This document shows positions 23,542-47,163 of a stretch of 64,000 bases of DNA, piece by piece; the stretch's first letter is position 1; the number at the start of each line of letters is the position of its first letter. The notes under the pieces are model-generated. The model had not been told where the DNA came from, ran no database searches, and saw nothing but the letters and a program-made list of their open reading frames with translations. The stretch covers positions 30,194,001-30,258,000 of the forward strand of contig OX597827.1 in the NCBI GenBank assembly GCA_951406725.2. The letters are read 5' to 3'. The DNA is from Octopus vulgaris (taxonomy: Eukaryota). A program made the position numbers and the translations under genes.

Positions 23542-26500
23542 GGTTCTTGCAGAAATTAATCCGCAATCGTTCCCTGTTGTTTACTGTGGGTGGTCCCACA
23601 CGCACTCTGTCATAGCGACGCGCGCGCTGTCCCTCCGGGATTGTCCCGCTCTGCCATGGCTAGTGATCTTAATCACGGCCTTAGACATCATTTCGGCGGA
23701 TGTCTTTTTCGGTCATGTCCGTTCCCCCGTCCGGAATTGGCACCCCTCGGGCGGCATTGGAGGTGTGGGCCTAGATTCCCGTTTTTGCCGCACCTGGCGC
23801 TGTGTGGTATCAGCGTCAGAGAGTGGCATCAGGGTCCGGTTTTCCACACATAACGCTCTTCGGACAGGCTCGGACCTATATTTCTTGTCAGGTAAACTCC
23901 TGGATCACCTTGGGAGTAGCGTTTATTCTGGTGGGGTCCCCGCAGGAGTATGAGCGCTTCGACTGCGGGGAAGTTACGTTTTTAGACTGGCTCACGTACT
24001 AGAGGGCGGGTCCAGTCGTCCCGCGCCCTCAGCCCTGCGGTGAACGGCGCAGGGACCCAGAAGCTCGATACGCGCCTTGCTTCGGGGGACCCGCGGGGGG
24101 AACTGACGGGGTGACCGACAGAATCGCGTGGTTTAGTTTGTGATAGGCCTCGGGAAATCGAATTCGAGAGAGGCTGATGAAGAGATCAACCTAGTCTGTT
24201 CTTACTGACAATAACCTCTAGTAACGGCGCCCAGGCGTGGGCCGCACCGTCCGATCCCCGCCACTGGATCAACTCCTCAGCATGTTAAGCGTGCAGAGCA
24301 TGGCAGTTCTGCTTAGTAATCGCATGAAACGCTTATCCATGATACGCAGCGCAGCCAGCGCCTCCTCGGCCTCGGCGCACCAAGCGCCGCAGGCTCCTAT
24401 CGGACAACCGAACACGCGTACCGGTAGATCCAGCTCCCTTTGGGGGAGTGGTATCAGCGGCCGGTACTTCCTTTCTTTCTCGCGCGCGGCGTCCCTCAGC
24501 GCCGTATCTTGCTCGTACCTGACGGTCACGTCTATAACGACAACTTCACTAGAATTGCGGAATACTAAATCGGGGATTAACCTAAATCGGGGATACTCGA
24601 TAGACCGACTCCCAGCCGGTCATCCAGCCATACCGTCCGGCCTCCCTAGCCACCAGCCGGCATATTCGATTGTGCCTGGCCAGCCTCTGCGTTTTGAGGC
24701 GTGAGCACTGGCCACTGATGTGGGAGATCGTCTCCGACGCGCTTTTGCACTTCCTACAGGTGCTATCGCCACGGCCTCCCCGAGTGAGGCATTCGCGGGT
24801 GGGAAACGTGTTGGTCCGCATCTTGAGTATCCCCAAGTAGCATTCCTCAGATATCCCGCCCGGTCGCGTCATCCAGCTATTTCCGATCTGGTCCGATTTA
24901 AAGGCGGCGGCGCAGACACCCTGGACCGGTTGCGATTCCCACCTCTTGGCGCCTAATCTCGATCCGGGACGTACAGGTTGCCATCATTTTGGACAGACGG
25001 AAGATCGTATAGGGCGGCCAGCTCCTCGTTCTTAATGGCGAGCCGGGCCGCCTGAGCTTTGTTCGAACGGCATCGTAATCTGAGTTCAGTAAATGCTGAT
25101 TCCTGCGAATCACGTTTTTTGGAATAGCGCGTGCTAACTGACAGAGGCTGAGGCCCCCGACCCTTCTTGCGCTATACAGGAAGCTTTTAGAAGCCGAATC
25201 GGGGAGATGGAGCATCCTTCGCGCCCCAACTCTTATTGCCATATCCAGTTCATCCAGTGCTACTTTCGGTGGTATCGCCTGTGTTAGTCCGTAAAACAGG
25301 CTCGGCAGGTAGTATTGCTGTAGTATCATGAGCTTTTGACGGGGCTTTAAGGGAGCCCGGCATATATCGTCTATGCATCGTGATACGGTCTCTACCGATG
25401 TGTCTCTGTTCTGTGTCGACCAGGGGAGAGATTTTACCCCTAGGTACGGCACGCTTTCGTCCGGTTCGACTCGTGGCAATGGGCACCCATCGAGTTCTGG
25501 CGGCGACGTCACGTTAACTAGGAACGACTTTCCCCAGTTCCGAATGGAGAACCACGCGCATTTGGAGACGTTAATGGAGAGCCCTACCGCGTGGTAGAAC
25601 TCCGAGCAATGATCGAGGAGGCTCTGTAGTCCCCGGCTAGAGCCGGAGACTAGCACTAAGTCGTCCGCATACGCGAGGCCCGCCATGACCGCACCACCGC
25701 CCGCCATGACCGCCCATATTGGCGGGCAGGGCTCCTAGCAGCGGGTCGGTCGCGATGTTGAATAGGAGCGGTGATAGGGCGTCGCCCTGTCGGACACCGC
25801 GCCTAATCTCGATCGGCGTGCTGCTCTCGGTCCCAATCGTGAATGTGGTGGTGGAGCCCTCGTAGAGCTGTCCCACTAGTCTGATCAGGTGGTTATCGTA
25901 GCCGAGCCTTCTCATGCCCGCAAAGATAAGGGATTGCGAGACCGTGTCGAAGGCTTTGGCTAGATCCAGGAAGGCTATTTCTAGCCCCGGGAGTTTAGGT
26001 CGGACGTGCGTTGCCCCCTGGCGTGGTCCAGTAGCCGGCGGAGGAGAAAGTTATTCTCGCCGCATCCGTCAGCCTTAATGAAGCCGCGCTGGGAGGGGTT
26101 GAGGGGCGTTGCCTGGAGCATCCTGGCGGCAAGCACCTTCGTGTATAGGCGGTATACCGCGGGACAGATGGTGAGCGGGCGCCAGTTGGACATGTCATTT
26201 GGGCTTCCTGCCTTCTTTCGAAGGAGGATCGACCTGCCACGCAACAGGATCCTCGGAACACGTCCCGTTAGTAGTAGGCAGTTGAATATGTTGGCGAGGA
26301 CTGCAGGGTCGACTGCCCTGACTTCGCGAGGTGTCAGGCCATCGGGGTCGGCGGCAGAGGCCGGATCAATGCGTCGGCGGGCGATCTTTAGCTCCTCTAC
26401 GGTGAACGGACACAAAATGGAGGTGTTGTCCACCGCGGAGGAGGCCGGATAGGCGCTTAGGTCGACCTCTGGCCCCGGTCGGGAAAGCCTGTCCCGGTAG

Positions 26501-28103
26501 AGCGCTTCGATGTCGCTCATCGGGACGGGGCACTCGCCCCCTAGGTCCTCACCAAGTATCACTGCCATAAGCTTTTTCCTGTTGAGAGCGAATAATCGCT
26601 GGAATCGCGCGTAGCGTTCTACCTTCGCGCGTCGATTTGGTGGTCTTGGTCCAGTGCCAATTCGCTGTTTCGATGGTCCTGGTCCAGTTCCAGGGGTGGT
26701 CCGCCTTTTCCTTTCACGAGCGCTCACCCGGCCTGATGCCATGTGGCCCACCCATTCCTCTACACGATTCTCGAACTCGATCCAGTTCAACTCCGAGCAG
26801 TCCTCGCTGAGTGCCAAGAGGGAATCTGCGAAGGACGAAGCCCAAGTGGAGTGACCTGGTGATGCAGCTTGACTGAACGGCTCCCGCCAGTCCGGGACTG
26901 CGGGCTGTGCCGTGCTCCTCATGGTCGACGTCCGCCCGGAGGTACGTGCGAGCTGAGCACGCTTTTCCCTCTTGCGTGCTATTTCGTTCATCCGACTATC
27001 TATCCTGCGCCTGTTCGCCTGCACAGGGTGCATATGCCTAATGTGCTGTGACAGCCCCGAAGCCGTACGGAAGGCTTGGCTGCACCATTCACATTTGTGG
27101 GGGAGCTGCTGAGATACTAGTGCCGTTGGAACCGCGTTCCCCTTGCACTTTCCTGCGTGGCACCTGACCGAGTGGAGGTGGCCGCTTTCATGGCCGCAGC
27201 GGCTGCATCTGTAAGACAGGCTTCCGGGTATGCCTGTTGAGTACGTGGAGCCCCCATTCGAGAGGGCTCGAGAAGTGTCGAGGGCAAAGTGGACACACTA
27301 TGGAAATCGACGCGCATGGAATCTCCAGGGTGAACGCATCGGCCGACGGTTGGCAGGCCACGCCGCTATCAATAGCCTCCCCCATGGGCGGTCCGTCCTC
27401 ATAATAGCGAGGGAGAACGGACAGGGGAAGGCCGGCGAGAGCGTCGTGGCCGCCGCGAGCTCCGGCGGGAGTTGCTCACCACGGAGAACCAACGTGTGGG
27501 ACGCGCATTCGAGAACAAAGCGGCCCGGTTTGTCCCTAGAGACCGTAAGCGACTTGAAGCCACTTTTACTAGACATGATCGGGGGGTCTACCTGATTACG
27601 CCGAGGAAGGCTAGACCTTGTACCCACCTCAGGGGGAAGTAGCTTTTCGCCACGGCGTGGGCACGTCCCATGCCGCAACTGATATCGAGGCCCTTCCCGG
27701 GACCTCGACACCGCCAGTTTCGCGGGGCCTGACACCCGTATGGCATTAAAGTTTACGTTTTGCATCATGTTTTTCGAGCGTTTCTCCGTGAGCTCGAGCC
27801 GGATTTCCAGGCAGACTGCCAGTGCACCCCAACCCCAAACGCGCGTAGGGGCCGCCCCAAGGAGTGATCACCAGATGCACGCACGGGTTCGCCATACACA
27901 CATAGGAGGGGGGACCGGAGCCCCGCCCTTAATAACCGCCCCAGAGTCAGCGGAGTCTCCAACCGTTTCGGTTCAGTCAGGGAGATCGGGCCGCCTTCGT
28001 TAGTCCAATGCGATGCAACCAATTCGGTATGGTTGAACCTACCGGTGTATCCGACACCGTCCGACGTAGCTCACATCACGGATGTAAGCTCTCTTGCCGC
28101 GAC
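23542..28103 (-). mobile_element. R2: R2 retrotransposon (three N-terminal zinc fingers, R2-A type), end to end but frameshifted
   Basis: Lies between GACTCTCTT and GGTAGCCAAATGCC of 28S. Fingers CPLC..H..H, CSRC..H...C and CEWC..H..H at ~27030-27300. RT motifs WRPL, QRGF, DLAKAFD, GVRQGDALSPLLFN, YADD. CRKC..ETISHISGQC and RHN. Endonuclease PDL..DV.VRYE..KERKY. Stop at 24269. Confidence 0.95.
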
Positions 28104-28142
<39 letters not shown>

Positions 28143-28300
28143 GTTGAATTTCTTCACTTTGACATTTAGAGCACTGGGCAGAAATCACATCGCGTCTGTG
28201 CGGCTCGGCCAGCTACACGATGCTCTGTTTTAATTAGACAGTCGGATTCCCCCGGTCCGTACCAGTTCCGAGTCGACCGTTCGCCGCCGGCCGAACGTCT
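28104..28300 (-). rRNA. 28S: 28S rRNA remnant upstream of the R2 site
   Basis: AAGAGAGTCATAGTTACTCCCGCCG...GAGCACTGGGCAGAAATCAC...TTAATTAGACAGTCGGATTCCCC; recognisable homology fades at about 28300. Confidence 0.9.
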
Positions 28301-28680
28301 GCCGCGCGTCGCGGTGCGCGACGACGACCGACCCCTTGCGGAGCCGAGCCGCGCGCGCACCGACGCGACGGCGGTCATCGGAAGGCCAAATCGCGCGGTC
28401 GGCGAGGCAGGAAGGAAGAGAGAAATGGTCATGGAGCTCGCAAAGCGTGCAAGCCCCGTCGTCCGAGCGCCATGAGGGCGGGCCGATGCCGGCAGGGTGG
28501 TTGAGCGGTCGGCAGCAGAGAGTGCGGCGTGTCGGCGGGCTGCCGCGACTACTACTGCTGCGCTGTTAGAGGGCCGAAACAAGAGCATTCGGTGGTACTC
28601 GGGCGAGGGGGCCCGGCCGCGACTTGAAGAAATGGGCGGATCGCAAGTTTGCGTTTTCGAAAGAAAAAACAACACGACGC

Positions 28681-28738
<58 letters not shown>

Positions 28739-28835
28739 AGCGATCGGGTTCGGTCGTCTTCTCCGGGCCATCAGAGAACGCGCGACGACGGCGCAGAACG
28801 CCGCCGCACGTAAGCGGACTCGTCGGCCAGATCCG

Positions 28836-28872
<37 letters not shown>

Positions 28873-29552
28873 GATCGACGCGGGCTGATGACTGCGCCTA
28901 CCGGGAATTCCTCGTTCACGTGGTTGGTTCCAGGCCCCGATCCCTATCACGGGAGGTGGTTCAGAGGTTTCCCGACCCTCTCGGGCCGGGGAAGACGCGC
29001 CCGCTGATACCTCCAGTGTAGCGCGCGTGCGGCCCCGGACATCTAAGGGCATCTCAGACCTGTTATCGCTCCGCCTCGTGCGGCTTTCTGCCGCCCGTCC
29101 CTCTAAGAAGCGCTGCGTTCGCCAACCGACTGGCCCGGACGCGACGGCGTGCCGCCGCCGGGCTCGCGCGGGCCGAGCCGACCGGGTCACCGCCGCCGCT
29201 CCGCAACCGACACCGCACCCACGCCGCGACCGCCCCCGCGAGGGGGACGGCAGCCGGACGCGGCCGCAGCGCCGGACGCGGCCGCAGCGCCGGACGCGGC
29301 CGCAGCGCCGGACGCGAAGGAGAGCGGCGGCAACGGCAAGCCCGGGCCGCGCGCGGAGCTACCGACGACGGCTTCGGCGCCGCCGCGCTACCGGAAAAGC
29401 ACTAATCGACGCGCTAGTTAGCAGGCCGGAGTCTCGTTCGTTATCGGAATCAACCAGACGGATCGCTCCACCAACTAAGAACGGCCATGCACCACCACCC
29501 ACCGAATCGAGAAAGAGCTATCGATCTGTCAATCCTACCGGTGTCCGGACCG

Positions 29553-29585
<33 letters not shown>

Positions 29586-30833
29586 TGTTTTGCAACCATA
29601 CTCCCCCCGGAACCGACTATGGTTTCCCGCGCAGGCTCCCCGCCAGGTCATCGAAGCGAACGCCGGCGGAGCGCCAGTCGGCATCGTTTACGGTCGGAAC
29701 TACGACGGTATCTGATCGTCTTCGAACCTCCGACTTTCGCTCTTGATCGAGGAAAACGTGCTTGCCACACGCCGTCGCTGCAGTGCGTCTTGCGACGATC
29801 CAAGAATTTCACCTCTAACGTCGCAATACGAGTGGCCCCGATCGCTCCCTTCGATCATTGCCTCGTCGTGAATGGAGACCGACGGATGACGCGCGGACGA
29901 GGCCATTTTCCATCATTCCATGCTTTTCGTATGCAAGCCGGCGGGGCTCGCTCTAAGCACTCTAATTTTTTCACAGTGAACGTACCGGCCGCCTCGGACA
30001 CTCGGCGAAGAGCACCCTCGGAGGAACCGTGCGGGCCGAAACGACCGGGAGGTGGACGCGCTACTACCGCTAGAACGCGAACGGCGACGACGCCCAATAG
30101 CGCACCCGCCTCGTGGCTCCCGTGCGCGCCGGACCGACCCGCGCCGTTGAGGGCGCAGGCGTGAAACCGGACACGACGCGGCGCGGACGAAGACGAGCGC
30201 TGGACGGGGTGCCGAGTCGCGGCGGCGACGCGAGCAGAGCTCTGCGGCCCGACCGCGCACGCACCGGCGAATAGGGCCGGGAGTGCGAACGGACGACCGA
30301 AGCGGACGCGCCAGAAGCGCGCCTGCGACGGCACTGTCGGCCACCACGGTCGGCACTGACCGGGCCGTCGACAGTTGATAGGGCGGACTCGCGGGGGACC
30401 CGTCGCGCGAAGGCTAGTGCGATACTAGCCCATGCGATCGTACTGACAGTTATCCAGAGTCACCGCGACCAATGCGGAAGGCCGACCGTATCGTCGCGAC
30501 CGAGAGGGACGGGCGCGGATGCGCCGCCCCCGAACCGGCCGAGCGGACGCCGGCGGCGAACTACGGCGACGCCGCGAAGACGCGACGGCTGCCGAACGCC
30601 GTTTTCGAGCCCGACGCCCGGGTGCGACCTGCGATCGCGGCTTCGGTTGCATGTATTAGCTCTAGAATTGCCACAGTTATCCACTCTCCTCGCGGTGGAA
30701 GAATACGGTCCCGAGGATTAGGTCCGGTTCCTGAGCCATTCGCGGTTTCACCATTCGTTTACGGCATGAACTTACACTTGCATGGCTTAAGCTTTGAGAC
30801 AAGCATATGACTACTGGCAGGATCAACCAGCTA
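28681..30833 (-). pseudogene. 18S: 18S rRNA pseudogene with GC-rich expansions and core deletions
   Basis: 5' CTGGTTGATCCTGCCAGTAGTCATATGCTTGTCTCAAAG and 3' GTAGGTGAACCTGCGGAAGGATCATTA are present. Universal blocks such as GTGCCAGCAGCCGCGGTAA are absent. Confidence 0.9.
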
Positions 30834-32235
30834 TCACCGACGTTTCGAGAGAACGAAGCGCGGCGGGAGCGGCGCGGAAGCTCGGGAAGCAGCCGCCGCC
30901 GATCGGAAAAAAACGAGAAGAAAAGGAATCGGAGGGGCCGAAAACGGGCGCGGGCGCTCACGAGTTCAGCCGCCGTTCGTATACGCGCGCGCCTCCTCCA
31001 ACGCTGGGGCGGAAGAGGCGAAAACAAACGAGTCAACGCGCGAAGAAGCGTTCGCGGAACAAAAACGGTTTACGATCCGACTGCCGCACACCGGTGCCGC
31101 TGCGGACGGGCTCCGGTGCGGGTCGATTGGAAGTGGGGCCGGTTCCGGGCGGAAGAGGAGGAGGCGAAAAAGGCCAGCGACTAAGTCGGCAGACGAGAGG
31201 GGCAGCGGCGATTGGCGGGCCCGCTGCAGCTTTTAGACCCGCCCGGCGCCCTATGCGTCGGTGGTCGCTTCTTCCTCCTAATCCTTTCGAAACGGCTGCG
31301 ATGAACTGCGTCCGGACTGCAGTCAACGAGCGAGTGCCATGACGGTGGTCGCCACGAAAACGACGCGCGCCAAGGGGTGATGCCGGGAGGGGGAAGCTGC
31401 AGAAACGCTACGACGCAGCGAAACCCGGAGTTGAAGCCACGGTTCTGTCCAGGGAAGAAGGGACAGACACGGCACCGCTCTCTTTCGGAGACGCCGTGTC
31501 GCCTGTGGCGGAACGGGAAGCGAGGGCTAGCCCGTCAGCCGCGCCGGCGGCGACACGACACAAGGTCAGCGGCGTAACCTGACCGGGTCCTCGGCTGCGA
31601 AGACGAGGCCGGGGGTCAGAGGAGGAGGCGAGAGAAAATGCGGTAACGGAAGCTCGGGAAGCAGCTGCCGCCGATCGGAAAAAAACGAGAAGAAAAGGAA
31701 TCGGAGGGGCCGAAAACGGGCGCGGGCGCTCACGAGTTCGGCCGCCGTTCGTATACGCGCGCGCCTCCTCCAACGCTGGGGCGGAAGAGGCGAAAACAAA
31801 CGAGACAACGCGCGAAGAAGCGTTCGCGGAGCAAAAACGGTTTGCGATCCGACTGTCGCACACCGGTGCCGCTGCGGACGGGCTCCGGTGCGGGTCGATT
31901 GGAAGTGGGGCCGGTTCCGGGCGGAAGAGGAGGAGGCGAAAAAGGCCAGCGACTAAGACGGCAGACGAGAGGGGCAGCGGCGATTGGCGGGCCCGCTGCG
32001 AGAGGACAAACCTGCGGGCGTTGAAAGGTGGGCGTGAAGAGGCGGGCAGACGCGGGCGTCGAGGGAACGCGTCTGAAAGGCGGGTGGTGTGGCGGCGGCG
32101 GCAGAAACTCGAGGACGCGCCAGCCGTGTATAGTCGACCTTGCACCGGCAATAGGGGAGCTAACCGTTGGCAGAAAGGAGCGTCGACAACACCTAGAGCG
32201 TGACTATCCAGCCGGGGCCGACCCATAAGCCTACA
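30834..32235 (-). other. 5' ETS / promoter region with a ~350-bp direct repeat (30876-31228 / 31647-31999)
   Basis: Lies directly upstream of 18S; the two GC-rich blocks are near-identical. Confidence 0.8.
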
Positions 32236-32858
32236 GGTCTGATTCTTTCGACCTCCGGGTCGGACCACGTCGCTCCATTTACCCGGTGCGTATCGCAACA
32301 CACCCACCGAGACTGACGGCATCGATCGCGCCTACGTCCACGTGTACGTGGGCGACACCGCGAGGTTCTCTTCAGCCTAACTTCAGCCTGGAGCTGAGGG
32401 CGAAGGCGGGCTCGGGCCCGCCGCTATCGCCCGATACCTGCACTGGCCGCAGTTTGTCATCTTTCGGGAACTTACGGGACGGACCAAGTCGCCGTATCGA
32501 ACGCCTGTACCTCCCAACATCGGTCGCGGCTACGTCCACGCGTACGTGGGCGATACCGCGCGCTTAGTTTCGAGCTTTCGATTTCACGCACGGTAGGGCG
32601 GCGGAGACGCGGGCGACCTCGTGCTAGCTGCAGTTTGTCATCTTTCGGGATTTTACGGGACGGACCACGTCGCCGTATCGAGCGCGGGTATCTCGTGAAC
32701 GCCTTCCGGCATCGGTGGCGGCTACGTCCACGCGTACGTGGGCCATACCGCGGGCTTAGGTTCGTTCTATCTATTTCGGGCACTGTCGCGTGGCGGAGCT
32801 GCTGGCGAAGGCAGCCCCTACTTATACTGGCCGCAGTTTGTCATCTTTCGGGAATTTT
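32236..32858. repeat. IGS sub-repeats (~190-bp period, ~3 diverged copies)
   Basis: GCAGTTTGTCATCTTTCGGGA at ~32449, 32630 and 32833. Confidence 0.85.
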
Positions 32859-33225
32859 CATCGAGCTTGTGTGCTTTGTGTTTTGTTTGTTCTTTGTGTC
32901 TATTTTATGTGTTTTGTTGATTTTTGTTGTGTACTGTGTGTTTTGTTTCTTGTTTGTGTTTCGCGTGTATTTTGTGTCTGTTTCTGTTGTGTTTGTACTT
33001 TGGTTTTTTTTAATTAGTGTTTTTTCTTTTTAATTTGTGTGTTTTGTGTGTAATTTGTGTGGTTTTTGTGAGTGGAGTGTGTGTGATTTTTGTATTTTGT
33101 GTGTTTAGTGGATATTTTTCTCATCTTTTTTGTAGACTTTTGTGTTTCGTGTGTTTCCTGTGTGGATGTGTTTTATGTGTAATTTGTGTTTTCTCTTTGA
33201 GTCGTGTGCGTTTTGTGTGTGTTAG
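32859..33225. repeat. Degenerate T/G-rich repeat (IGS)
   Basis: Same composition and strand bias as 16828-18440. Confidence 0.8.
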
Positions 33226-42876
<9,651 letters not shown>

Positions 42877-45835
42877 ACAACTTAAAAGTTGTATTTAGTA
42901 CTTATTTGCGATATTTTGACACATTTTGATTCCTGATAATCTTATTATCACAAAAGTTCTCAGAAATAAAAAATGCCAAAATATTGGAAATAAGCATAAG
43001 AGAGTGAACAAAATTTGTAACTTAAATTGTTCTTTAGTACTTGCAATGTTTTGCATTTAAGTATAACAAAGTTAATTTTGACGTATCCTGAAAATTTTTG
43101 ACATTTTTGTCAATCAATCAGTTAACATAAATATGTTAACTGATTAATAGTTACAATAGACACGATATTTTGATCTCTTTGATAAATATAATCTTATAAT
43201 GAATCAATTAACTTATATTTACCCAAGAGATCATGCGTCACAAAATTTTTCAGAAAAATTGCAAACTTTCCACATTTTTGTGAATCAGATAAAATATTTA
43301 TCCAATAGTCACAAAAGTTTTCAAACAAGAAAAAATGTGTCAGTATATTAAAAGGAAACAAAATTGCAACTTAAATGTTGTATTTTGTACTTATTTGCAA
43401 ATTTTGACACATTTTGATACCTGAAGAAAACAAAATGTCAAAATATTAGAATTGAACAAGAGAGTAAACAAAACTTGTAACTCAATTTTTTTAGTACTTC
43501 TTTGCAATATTTTGACAGTTTTCAAAAGTTTTCAAAAAACAAAATGATCACACGTCAGAAAATTTTTCAGAAAACAAATTTTTTCAAACTTTTGTAATTA
43601 ATTATAACCAAGTGAACAAAATTGCAAACTCAGATTTAGTGTTTCATATTAAATGAGGCATTTTTTATCCTGAAAACGTTAGACACTTTGGAAATAAGCA
43701 TAAGAAAGTAAAAAAAAACCTGTAACTCCAGTTGTTCTTTAGTTCTTATTTGCAATATTTTGACAAATTTTATCAAAATATTATTAAGCATAACAAAAGT
43801 GAACAAAATTGCTCTCAAATATATTGCTTATTTATCCTGAAAACATTTGACATTTTTACCTAATAACAAAATTTTTAAGAAAACAAATTTTGTTAAAATA
43901 TTATACTTAAGCTTAACAAAAGAGAACAAAATTGCTAACTCAAATGTAGTGTAAGTATACTATCCTAAAAACTTTACACATTTTCGTGATCTCTTCTATC
44001 TTTTTGTGAATATAATCGTATCAATCAAAAGGTGTTTTTTAGTACTTATTTGCAATAATTTGAAACTTTTTTTTATCCCTTTGTTAAATATAATATTATC
44101 AATCAATTAACTTATATTTACCCAAGGATTACGCGTCACAAAAGTTTTCAGAAAACGAATTCTTTAAAATATAAGCATAACCAATTGAATAAAATTGCAA
44201 ACTTCAATTTATTGTTTATTTTGACAGACTTTGTATACTAAAAACTTTTGACATTTTTGTCAATGAATCAGTTAAAATATTTACCCAATAGTCACAAAAG
44301 TTTTCAAAAAATAAAATGTGTTAAAATATTACAGATAAGCATATAAAAGGAAACAAAATTGCAAATTTGATTTGGTTTTTGTTCTTTTTTTGACACATTT
44401 TATAACCTGAAAACTCTTGACACTTTTTTTTATCTCTTTTAAAAATATTATTCTATTATCAATTAATTAACTTTTATGACAAATTTAACAGTTAACAATA
44501 TATTGAAGTATTTTGCTTTTTGAAAACTTTTGCTTTCACTTTTGTGTTGATATTTCACATTTGTTTTTATTCACAAAAATGTGAAAAGTTTTCAGGATAC
44601 AAAGTGTGTCAAAAGAAACATTAAATTTAAGTTTGCAATTTTCTTCACTTTGTTGCAATATTTCAGAAAACAAAATGTCAAAATATTGCAATTAAGCATA
44701 AGAAAGTGAACAAAATTGCAAACTTAAATTTATTATTTCCTTTGATACACTTTGTATCCTGAAAACTTCATATTTTTGCAAATAAAAACAAAAGTGAAAA
44801 ATCAACACAAAAGTTTTCAAAAAACAAAATGTTTCAATATATTATACAAGGAAACAAAATTGCAACCCAGTTGTATTCACTCCATATTTGCAATATTTTG
44901 ACACATTATCAAACGGTGAACTGATAATTAACCGAGATCAAAAGTTTACAGAAAACAAAATCAAGCATAACAAAAGTGAACAAAATTGCTAACTCAAATG
45001 TAGTGTTTAAAAGTACATCTCACACCTTTTGCATCCTACAAAATTCAGACTTTTTGTGATTTCTTGTTCAGTTAACAAAAGTCAAAATATTGCATTTAGG
45101 AAAGTGAACAAAATGCCAACTAAAATTTATTGCTCATTTTGTCACGCTTAGTATCCTGAAAACTTTTCACATTGTTGTGAATCAGAACAAAAGTGAAAAC
45201 AAAAGTTTAAAAAAACAAAATGTTTTAATATATTGCAAAGAAGCATATAAAAGGAAACAATAATGCAACTCAAAAGTTATATTTAGTACTTTGTTGCAAT
45301 ATTTTGACACATTTTGATTCTTGATAAACTAATCAACTGATATTGAAAACTTAAATTTATTGTTTCTTATTTGCAATGTTTTGATACATTTTGATTCCTG
45401 CCAAAAAAATGTGAAAATATTGGAAAGAAGCATCAGAAAGTGAACAAGATTTCTAACTCAAGTTGTTTTTTTGGCACTTATTTGCAATATTTTGAAAATT
45501 TTTTTTTGAAATCAGAAAGAAATTTTTTCAAAATACTGAAATTAAGTATAAAATATTGTAATTACGCAAAATGAACAAAATTGCAAACTGAAATTTATTG
45601 TATCCTGAAAACTTTCCACATTTTTGTGAATCAGTCAGATAAAATATTTACACAATAGTCACAAAAGTTTTCAAACAATGAAAAAATGTGTCAATATATT
45701 GCAAATATATTGCAAATAAGCATATAAGAGGAAACAAATTGCAACTTAAATGTTGTTTTTAGTACTTATTTGCAAATTTTGACACATTTTGACACAAATT
45801 GTCAAAATATTAGAAATAAATAAGCATAAGAAAGT
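42877..45835. repeat. Inverted copy of 38232-41180
   Basis: Reverse-complement match checked at both ends and at several internal points. Confidence 0.9.
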
Positions 45836-45844
45836 ATATATGTA

Positions 45845-45944
45845 NNNNNNNNNNNNNNNNNNNNNNNNNNNNNNNNNNNNNNNNNNNNNNNNNNNNNNNN
45901 NNNNNNNNNNNNNNNNNNNNNNNNNNNNNNNNNNNNNNNNNNNN
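45845..45944. other. Assembly gap (100 N)
   Basis: Run of N. Confidence 1.
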
Positions 45945-47160
<1,216 letters not shown>

Positions 47161-47163
47161 ATA

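Noticed and set aside
28300-28680. Possible 5.8S gene
   Set aside because: No conserved 5.8S motifs such as GATGAAGAACGC or GAATTGCAG on either strand.
21511-32783. Many Arg/Ala-rich ORFs outside R2
   Set aside because: Spurious frames in GC-rich rRNA, ETS and IGS sequence.
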